Of a stretch of DNA of 20,000 bases, positions 11,377 through 20,000 are shown one piece after another. The stretch is taken from positions 60,912 through 80,911 of the forward strand of contig JALJEE010002047.1 in the NCBI GenBank assembly GCA_023231475.1. The letters run 5' to 3'. This stretch comes from Seison nebaliae (Eukaryota). The notes below the pieces were generated by a model that did not search any database, had not been told where the DNA came from, and saw nothing but the letters and a program-made list of their open reading frames with translations. Numbering within the stretch: the first letter of the stretch is position 1; each line of letters starts with the position of its first letter. The position numbers and the translations under genes were made by a program.

Positions 11377-13709
11377 GTTCAATTCACATAATTAAATAAT
11401 TTTCCTTTTTCACCATTCTTCCTCATCCACTTTCCCCCCTTCTTCTTAATTCTTCCAATAACATCCAATTCCTTTTCCGATCATTTTTTATATTTTGTCA
11501 TTAACATCTTTGACATGATGATTAATCATAAAATTCATTTTTAACCAATTCCCTTCATTTCCAAAACGTTCTCCTTCTCACCAACAACAACCAAAATGAA
11601 AACAAAAATTTTTTGTCATCGTGCCAATTCTTGCAGAGATTGATTCATTTCCTTTTTGTTAGATAAGAAATGATTCTAATTCAATTCTTCGAAAAAAGAA
11701 AGAAAGGAAAAGAAGAGAAATGTGTAGCTGATGAGAGAGAGATCGAACTCTAATTTCATTTATGTCGAGATAAGAGAATTATCATAATAATCTGCTTGAA
11801 ATGATTTCTCAAGAAAATTTGAGAATATCATCATCATTGATTTCGTTCCAGAAAAAACAGTCGAACTAGCAAATTATGTAAAAGATATAATATTATATGT
11901 CGTCCTCGTCCTCGTCGTCCTCATCATCATCGTCGTCATTCTTTTTCTTATGTCATTCCCCTGATTAGAAATTGAATGCCAATTAAATGGATATATAAAT
12001 ATATATATATATATTTATATTTATATTTATATCTCCTTCTTTCCTCCCATTGATACAATGTTCGTCTACTCGATTTCGTTTGATGAGAATTCTACTTCCT
12101 TCTCCTCCATGCGCATTCGCCAAAAACATATCATATTTAAAGAGATATTACAAGTTATTCGATTGATATTTCAGAAGGAAACTGGAGTAACTAACGGGAA
12201 TATTAGATGGGAAATAGAAAGAATTTGATATAAAAAATATTTTTCTGCCATCCGTTTTTGAAAGTTCGACTTTTCCTTCCCAGTTCGAGTGGGAAATGTA
12301 CGAGAGAAATATCTAGATAATTTATGGGGAGGAATTGGATAATTTATTGGAATGACAATCGTAAATTTATGTAACAGGAATGAACGATGCTCATTGTCGT
12401 CTCTGATAAGTATTTTATTCATTCATTTTGACGGACAAATATTAGTACTTTAATGAGATATCAACATGGGAATAATAAGATTTATTCGATTTTTGTATTT
12501 GGAAAGAAATCGACGTCCACGTCATCCCATTCTAACAATGTAGTTATTTCTAACTCTCATTGTAAGTTGCTGAGGCAATATTTGTCGATCAATAGTGAAA
12601 CTTATCAACATATTGATTTTCGATGAAGATCTTTTTCCTTTCTCTCGCTTCTCTCATCTAATGGCCATTAGATCGATATGGTGCATATTAAATATTTATT
12701 CAAATGCAAATAATTTTAATGATTTGAGTCGTTGGGAATCAGTGGAGAAGGAATCGTGATTTCTACCGCGTTTCGTCATGCTATGTTTCTGCGTATGTTT
12801 ACATAGAAAGAAAGATTAGAAAATTGGCAAGTTCAACGATTCAATAATGACAAAATATGAAATATGTTATGAAGAGTTATTTCTGCTCTAATCTATGTAA
12901 TAAATTTTCAGAAATTTAATATTGAGAAATGTTTGTTGTTATTAGGGAGAATTTGATTGAAAACGAATTTTTTCTTGTTCCAAGTTCGAAGAATTTGTAG
13001 TGAAAAGAAAGAAAATAGAAGACTTACTGTGTAGATATATTGAGGAAAATATTTATTTTTATATTCCACAATTTAATCGAATATGCATATTGATGAAAAT
13101 GATGATTATTTATTAATATTAGAGAAAGGAAGGAAATGGAGGATTCTCGTTGTTGACCTGTGAGAAAAATAAATAATAAGGAGAAGTAACATGAAAGCAT
13201 AGTTTGCTCTTGAGCGAATTAATAAACTTCTCTCATTGACGAGACAAATGAGCAAATGAGAAGGGAAGAAGAGAGATGTCGAATAAAAGGAATTCGTCTT
13301 TCTATCCGATAAATGATGACAATTAAAAAGGAGAACTGATGGGGGATGGGAAGGAAGAGGATGATGTTCATCTGTTTATGGTGATTATAGTCAAAAGAAA
13401 TATAAATTGTGCAAATATCTAGAGGGAACAAGAAATTAAGGGAGTTACTATGCTCCTACTTCAACAACTTCATATTGTTGTTCATTTTCTTAATCAACTT
13501 CCATCATTGTTTCTTTCAAATTGTCAAATAATTTGTCGACTTTTATTTCCATTTCTTTCATCTCTCATTAACATATTAGTTACTTAGCTGAATAATATTT
13601 TCTATTTCTTTCAATGAAAAATCATCGAATACTGAAAGATAATAAAAAGTGAAAAGATGTTCTCCTTCCTGATAATTAATTTTTGTTTTTTTTTTTTAAT
13701 TCTCTTTAG

Positions 13710-16700
13710 AAAAAGAAGATTTTGACGTTCAATCACCTGATAATAATCGGAAGAATTGTAAAATTTCGTCGTTGTCATCGTCCGTCCTCTCTTCATCGTT
13801 GTCGGTGGTGGAAGAAGAAAAGAAGAACATTTGGAAGACGACCGAATCGATTGGAGAGAAAAGACGAAAAGGTAATTTAACGGTGAATGACGAAGGAAGT
13901 GATGATGCTTCGAAAGGCAATAGACGAAATGTATATGAGAATACACTTTCCTCCTTATCTCTGCCAACATTAGAGAATTGTATATTATCCAGTTCGGTGG
14001 GCCAACTACATAGATACAAGAATCTGATGAGTAACTATATGAATCGAAGTCGATGTTCTAATCTTGATTTCTTCCTCTCCTCTCGCCAACAACAACATCA
14101 ACAACAACAGTTGTTTGATTTGCAGAAAATGCATTCGCATGTTGATCGGAATTCTTCGGATTTATTGAGATTTGGTCAGAGGTCGATGATGAATGGGAAG
14201 AAATTAGATACGAATTCTATAACCGAATTGATTGTGAATGGATCCAATAATTTGATATCGTCCAATATTGATAAAAATCTCATTTCGACATCAATCTTAA
14301 ATGACTTGGGAAGTCCATATTCGACTGGATCGCCCACATATCAAACTCAATCACTTCAACGACAACCGATGAAAAGAAATATGATGTTAAAATGTGATAG
14401 GAAATCCGAGTCGATCGAATATCAGAATTTCCTTCATCCCACAACAAAACCAACAACAACAACAATGAAGAAGAAGGAGAATAATAAGAATAATACGAAT
14501 AAATCATTAATGAATCAATTCTTTGCTAATGAGAGTGAGAATGGAGATGATGAAGAATTGATGGAGAATGAGATAGATGATGACGATGATAACGACGATG
14601 ACGATGATGATAATGATGACGATGATGATATGGATGAGATTGAGAAGATGAAATATAAAAAGAAATTTTTATCATTGACCAATTTGAAGAATGAAGAAAT
14701 GAAGAAAGGAATATATCAATTACCCTCCAACCAACACCACCATCAACAACAACAATTATTATTGAGAAAATTATTATTGGCAAATCGGAAACATATGAAT
14801 GGTGTATTGTTGGATGAAGAGTTTGAGGGAATGGATGAGAGAAAGAATGATATTATTGATAGGATTGTTAATAATGAGAATAATGGAATGAGTTTAAATC
14901 GAAATCCGAATTTGTTGCATATTAATGAAGAGGCAATTAATCAGAATAGTAATATTGTTCTATTGAATGATTATAATGGAAATTTGAATGAACAATTTCC
15001 TCTCGAGAACGGCGATGGTCGACGAACCGGTGTACCAGAATTTATTCCAATAATGAATCAAATGAATGAGAATAGTTTGAGAAGAAATTTAATGAAAGTT
15101 AACGGATCTGAAATCATCAATCTTCTCCCATTAAATGATATTAATGATTCATCACAATTCTCCAATTCTTCACTTTCATCATCATCACCATCATCAGCTT
15201 CAGCATCGTTATTATTATTGAAAGAGAATCACATGAATAACAACAACAACAACAACAACAACAACAATTTATTTCTTTACAATCCTTCAATTAGAAGAGA
15301 TGGAATGAATGAAGGAAGAGTTGGTGTAATAACAACTTCAGTAATTAATCCTTGCTTTTACTCCTCCTTATCCACTTCACCATCACCATCCATTGTATCT
15401 TCAGGAACATCATCATTCAATTCATTCTACGGATCAACTCCAACTACTACATCCTTATCATACTCTTATTCAATATCTTCTTCATCTTTATCATCTTCAA
15501 GTTCTTCATCATCATATTCATCATCATATTCATCATCATCTTCTTTATCATCTTCTTCTTTATCGTCATCACTTCTGTCGACACCTTATTCGAGTGATGT
15601 ATTGAATAATAGTGTGGAAGAGAAACAAGAAATGATGGAAACAAGAAATTATGCATCATTCAACAGGAAGAACTATCAAGTTCATTCCAATAATCACTTC
15701 GCTAATAATCTAATGCCAATGACATTACTCAGTCATGATTATTTGTATCGGAAACAGAATGTTGAGAAGATAAATAATCATTCATCATCTTCATCATTAT
15801 ATTCTTCATCATCATCAGCTGCATCATTCATACCACCACCAGCAGCATCAATCAAACCGTCATCATCACCATCAGCAAAAACAACAACAAATACTATTAC
15901 TACGACAGACGCTGCAGTTGTTGCTGCTACAATCTTAAAGAATCATAATAAACGATTATATCGTCGTCGTCATGATAATGAATCAAAACAGTTAAATGAC
16001 GCTTATTATTACCGGAATCATTTCGATCAATTTATACCTACCACCACCACCACAATAATAACAACAACAGCAACATATACTAAATCATATCCGAGAAAAT
16101 ATAATAATCATAAAAACCATCAAACGAAATCGGAGCAATGTCGTCATAATATGAATAATGTGTCCGGTCATCAAAATGAAAGGAATAATAATGAAATGTT
16201 ATTTGATATTTTTATTAGTCGATCCATTGCATCTAATAGTGAGGCAAAAGAATCCGAAAAAAATGATCAGTCCATTACGACAACATTCAACGCCGATCAA
16301 ACGATCGGTGATTCATCACCATGTTCGCCAACGTCCAAACACTATCAGCAATTCCTTCTCAACAACGGACAATCGATGTTACAAGAAGAAAATGAAAATA
16401 CGAAAACGACGTCGATACATTCGTCGGAAGAGGAAAACGTCGGATGCAACCGATACCATCAGAATACCGTCAATCAAAAAATTAATTGCAACAACTTTCT
16501 TAATTCTCATACTTATCGTGATGCTCGGCTTCCATCATCAGAAGGTTCGAGTAGAAAAACGCACTCGAAAAAGAAATCGAATAAAAAATCGAATGAAGTC
16601 AATTCATTTCCAAACGCAGACGACTATCAGCACCACCAATGCCAACATCCAACGTCCAAAATCGGGAACCCATCCAATTACGACGTTATCACCGATCGAT

Positions 16701-17303
16701 CCCATCAATTATCATCAGATAACTGTCACTCGACTAAAGCAGTACCATCAGCGTTTCCATTCAACTCCACTTCGTCAACGAAAAGGAACCGTCAGGTGAG
16801 AGTTATCTCTCCAAACAGGACGATGATTCCACTTTTAAGAGAAAAAGAGAATAGTAGAAAATCGCATCCGAAAAAATGTTCCCATACAATTTCACCATCA
16901 TTGAACACGAAATCCATTGGAAGACCAAATTCTTCCCATATTCATCATAATCAAATTCCAAAAAGTTCTTACCATCAACATCATCATCCATCAGAACATC
17001 AACAACAAAAACAAACACATACTTATAATTCTCAGCATTATCATCAACATAACTCTCGACAACATCAACAACAACAGCCAACTCGTCATTCAAAACAATA
17101 CAATTCTAATAATAATGATAATGCATCGAATCGACCGACTAGTTGGCATGTTCCAAATGAAAAAGTTCACAATCGACATCAACATTCGTTTGATACGACT
17201 GAATCTAATATTACTATCCAACCATCAGTATCATCAACATATTCCGTCATGAATAATGATGAACTACAAAGAATATTATTACATCGGGACGCCCGTCATA
17301 TGA
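13710..17303 (+). CDS. 3.6-kb internal exon (Asn/Ser/His/Gln-rich) ending in the first strand of the PDZ domain
   Basis: ORF 13772..17311 extends back in frame to a long poly-T tract plus ctttAG (13708-09). It is phase 1, matching the donor at 11377 (G+AA = Glu). It ends ELQRILLHRDARHM with phase-1 donor A|GTTTGT at 17304. Confidence 0.85.
15239..15265 (+). repeat. (AAC)9 coding microsatellite within a poly-Asn11 tract
   Basis: Read directly; encodes MNNNNNNNNNNNLF. Confidence 0.95.
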
Positions 17304-17644
17304 GTTTGTGAAATTTATTTGAAGACCATTTTATTATGAAATTCTCATTTTCAGGTAGTCCTTTATGTGGAATACGTGTCAAAGTTGACCGCGCACACGC
17401 ACCTGATGGTTATCGCAGTGCCACTTACATAGTTCATTTACCTGATGAAAAAGCTTGGCGATCAGGGCCAATGGCAGAATTAGCACCAGGTTTAATTTTG
17501 AATTTGTATGAAATAATATTTTGTAAATTTTCAGGAGATGAAATTGTTGAACTAAACGGCATTCCATTACGGAACAAAAGCGAGATATATGTCGATAGTA
17601 TTATTAATTCCACATTTGGTGAAATAGAATTGGTGGTGAAGAGA
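17261..17644 (+). other. PDZ domain (spliced over two short introns), Piccolo/RIM/Clarinet-type
   Basis: Spliced sequence: ELQRILLHRDARHMSSPLCGIRVKVDRAHAPDGYRSATYIVHLPDEKAWRSGPMAELAPGDEIVELNGIPLRNKSEIYVDSIINSTFGEIELVVKR. The 'RILL.R', 'GIRV', 'E.NGIPL..K' and 'II....GE.E' segments resemble Piccolo and CLA-1 PDZ domains as I recall them. Confidence 0.8.
17355..17489 (+). CDS. PDZ-domain exon (SPLCGIRVKVDRAHAPDGYRSATYIVHLPDEKAWRSGPMAELAP)
   Basis: Acceptor ttttcAG (17353-54) closes a 51-nt intron; donor CCAG|GTTTAA is at 17490. The translation fits PDZ betaB-betaC-alphaA. Confidence 0.8.
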
Positions 17645-17689
17645 AATAATGAGAGGAACAAGTGTCGAAATACTAATAAATTTAATTGA
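17535..17689 (+). CDS. Last visible exon: C-terminal half of the PDZ domain and stop codon
   Basis: Acceptor ttttcAG (17533-34). Splicing the 45-nt intron restores L.PGDEIVELNGIPLRNKS...IINSTFGEIELVVKR, the canonical PDZ 'GD.I.E.NG..L' signature. TGA is at 17687-89. Confidence 0.85.
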
Positions 17690-18160
17690 AGTTGATTGGA
17701 TCGTTTGGAATTTCGATCATCTCACATAATATTCAATTCAGTTTTAAAATATTCGTTTCAATTCCTATTCGATTCACTTATAAACAAATGACAATTATCT
17801 AACTGTTGAAAATTTTATTAACATTTTGTACATAAAAGTAGCATTCGTTAATTTTACTTTAAAGAATAATTATAGTTGTTTTGTTTAAATTTATTTATTT
17901 ATCTGATTGTATGTCACTACTATTCTTTTCCTTCAAATAAATTATTATCACAATCTTCTTATAGATCATTCGAAACTAAAATTTCAATCACTTTACCGAG
18001 AATGTTTAATATTCTAATATCTAAATCAGGGATGGCCATAAGGATTTTTCATTTGGATTTTTTATGTGTATAAGGATAATAATTAGAAAAGAACAGTCTA
18101 CAAATAGTCTGTTTTATCAAACCGGATCGAGAGTAAGACGGAGTATCTTTCACGGTAACC

Positions 18161-18459
18161 GGACAGATGGTAACCCTATATAAAAATTTTATAGAGGACA
18201 GTTCTCAACCCAAAAATAGGACAGTTATCAACCCTTCTTTCGTTCTTTCCGGACAGTTCTCAACTTTTTCTTTATTTTTCGGACAGTTTTCAACCTTCTT
18301 ATTACTTTTCGGACAGTTCTCAACCCCTTTTCCTCAATTTCCGACAGTTCTCAACCTTTTGAGAAAAAAAGGACAGTTCTCAACCTCAAAACATAATAAA
18401 AATTGAACTGGAAAAATAATAAGCGTACATAAAAATCCTCAAGGGGACAGTTATTCACT
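18161..18459 (+). repeat. Array of 15-bp direct repeats GGACAGTTCTCAACC with variable spacers
   Basis: Seven good copies (0-1 mismatch) at 18196, 18219, 18251, 18281, 18311, 18342 and 18371, plus degenerate copies at 18161 (ggacagatggtaacc) and 18445 (ggacagttattcact). Confidence 0.92.
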
Positions 18460-18967
18460 CATGATTATGTAATTATAAAATTTATTATTATTAATTAATT
18501 ATTAAGACTTTCGATTCTGCATTATTATATTCCATTTCACATGATTCTAGTTTATCGGTCACTATTTCCAACAAGATTCAATACGTCATGTCATCCTAGG
18601 AATGGATTCTATCGTCTTTTTTTACTACTTTTAATTTATGGGAATATACGTCTGATCCCATATTTATGCATACTTCTGCTATTCCAACATTCTTTAGTCG
18701 TCCGTTTGATATTTCAAAAAGTAGCACCATCATCTATACCGGGGGTGTAAATTCTTGAGGAGGAAAGATTTTTTCCTCATTATACAGAATTATTATTCAT
18801 GTATAGTATACATACAATAATGTATACGCACTACATGTATACTACATAAAAATGTTGAAAAATAACTATTTATTTATTTATAATTTATTTGAGATTTGAA
18901 ATATTGAAATAGAAATAATTGAAAAGTAAATTTATAAAAAGTATCTGTAAAAGAAAAATTCTTTTAA

Positions 18968-20000
18968 TTATACAAAATAAGGAATAACATCTTCTTGATA
19001 ATAAACGTTATCGTCATCTTCATCTTCGAATTCATAGTTCTGGTTTACTTTCAATCTTAACAAATGACTTAAATTTTCGTCTTTTAATTGGGATCGGTAA
19101 CGGTTTTTCAAGTATCGCAAAGAGGAAAATGCAGCTTCACACGAATATGTAGTCCCAAATTTACAAAAATGTTTTTGCACGAATGAAACGATTTCTGGAT
19201 AATCCATTGGCGATATTTTCGCCCAGAAATTTTGAATGTTTTTCAGTCCGTCGGTTGTAACCATGTGATTATATTGTTCTTTGAATAAATTATCCGATTG
19301 AAAGGAAATAATTTCGTTCAATAACGAGGGATTTATATCAGAATTGGAATATATTTGAAATGGTTGAGAAATAAAACTTATTTCAAATTCTTTTGTTACT
19401 AATTCCTCAAAACGATCAGATATATTTCTTCTAATTGAATTAATAATTTCACTAGCATTTTCTTCCCATTCATTGAAAATATTCTCATCCCAAAGGTTTT
19501 CTTTATTCGATATTAGTTTAGAAACTCTGGGGAAAAAATTATATAACGTATTTTCCAAGTCTGCACACATTCGATCGAATATCGATCTAAATTTTTTAAT
19601 TTGATTGAAAATGATAAACAATGGATGACTTCCTTGCAAACTCTTGTTAAATCGATAAGTCTGTTCTAAAATGTCCAGAATGAAAGAAGTGCCGATTTTC
19701 CACTGAAATGAAGAGAGATAATTTATTTCTTCTTTGGGAATTAATTGTTTTTGATCGAAGAATTTTATTACGCAATCATGTTGCTCGAAAAATCGTTCCA
19801 ACATTTCAAATGCTGACAACCATCTGACGGCAGTAAATTTCTTAATTCCGACCTTCAATCCGCAACTTTTTCTATATAATTCATATTGTCTATTAATCAA
19901 ACTGCTCCTATTAGATAACTGTTTGATTAACTTCCAAACGTTATCTGTGATTAACTTAACTTCTTTGTGCTTGATACAAAGTGCAAATCGGTGTAAACAG
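18968..20000 (-). CDS. hAT transposase, Buster/SPIN/ZBED5/GTF2IRD2-like, C-terminal about 343 aa (5'-partial)
   Basis: The frame stays open upstream of the listed TTG start to the window edge (CLHRFALCIKHKEV..., tail of the CxxH motif). It contains AVRWLS (RW motif, 19820-25), N.SLQG, FW, and FGTTYSCEAAFSSL.YLKNRYRSQL (third catalytic Glu at 19136-38, hAT C-terminal dimerisation region). No stops or frameshifts. Confidence 0.93.
   Translation of the reverse strand, partial: CLHRFALCIKHKEVKLITDNVWKLIKQLSNRSSLINRQYELYRKSCGLKVGIKKFTAVRWLSAFEMLERFFEQHDCVIKFFDQKQLIPKEEINYLSSFQWKIGTSFILDILEQTYRFNKSLQGSHPLFIIFNQIKKFRSIFDRMCADLENTLYNFFPRVSKLISNKENLWDENIFNEWEENASEIINSIRRNISDRFEELVTKEFEISFISQPFQIYSNSDINPSLLNEIISFQSDNLFKEQYNHMVTTDGLKNIQNFWAKISPMDYPEIVSFVQKHFCKFGTTYSCEAAFSSLRYLKNRYRSQLKDENLSHLLRLKVNQNYEFEDEDDDNVYYQEDVIPYFV

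Larger units (their letters stand above)
18027..20000 (-). mobile_element. hAT-superfamily (Buster-type) DNA transposon, 3' part; continues beyond the window
   Basis: The hAT-like terminus CAGGGATGGCCA starts at 18027. The adjacent 8-mer ATCTAAAT (18019-26) fits the Buster nnnTAnnn target-site consensus. A transposase ORF points toward this end. The second TIR and TSD are outside the window, so the boundary is inferred. Confidence 0.75.

Noticed and set aside
11400..13700. Short ORFs (12171-12422 -, 13219-13431 -) in the 2.3-kb intron
   Set aside because: AT-rich, no recognisable motifs; consistent with random intronic ORFs.
6663..17252. Numerous short antisense and alternate-frame ORFs overlapping the large exons (e.g. 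7182-7610 -, 15352-15597 +, 16158-16799 +)
   Set aside because: Shadow ORFs expected from stop-poor trinucleotide repeats and biased composition; no recognisable motifs.
48..17689. Treating ORFs 48, 6586, 8048, 8835, 13772 and 17336 as separate prokaryote-style genes or an operon
   Set aside because: Their ends coincide with GT...AG introns carrying polypyrimidine tracts and matching phases, and several listed starts are TTG artefacts.
17827..17834. TGTACATA Pumilio-element match in the putative 3' UTR
   Set aside because: A single 8-mer in very AT-rich DNA is plausible by chance, and the UTR extent is unknown.
18167..18406. 79-aa ORF with GQFST repeats
   Set aside because: By-product of the 30-bp periodic DNA repeat; no independent evidence of coding.
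18161..18459. CRISPR array
   Set aside because: Repeats (15 bp) and spacers (about 15 bp, low complexity, partly similar to each other) are too short, there are no cas genes, and the context is eukaryotic and intron-containing.

Overview
AT-rich eukaryotic (animal-like) genomic DNA in the standard code, with short GT-AG introns and many trinucleotide repeats. About 17.6 kb is occupied by a large spliced + strand gene. Phase-consistent exons can be chained from about 39 to 17689 (about 3,300 aa if all belong to one transcript). The protein is almost entirely low-complexity. It has an N-terminal RIM/Slp-type 'DLSHL..ERE.I..IL' helix and a C-terminal PDZ domain resembling the Piccolo/RIM/Clarinet/Fife active-zone scaffold family, but no zinc finger or C2 domain is visible. 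About 340 bp past the stop codon is the end of a Buster-type hAT DNA transposon: TIR-like CAGGGATGGCCA at 18027, preceded by an nnnTAnnn 8-mer, with a - strand transposase ORF open to the window edge. Inside that end is an array of 15-bp direct repeats (GGACAGTTCTCAACC) at about 30-bp pitch with non-identical spacers. A small degenerate repeat element lies in the large intron at about 4.2-4.4 kb. All family assignments come from motif recognition by eye, not from database searches.
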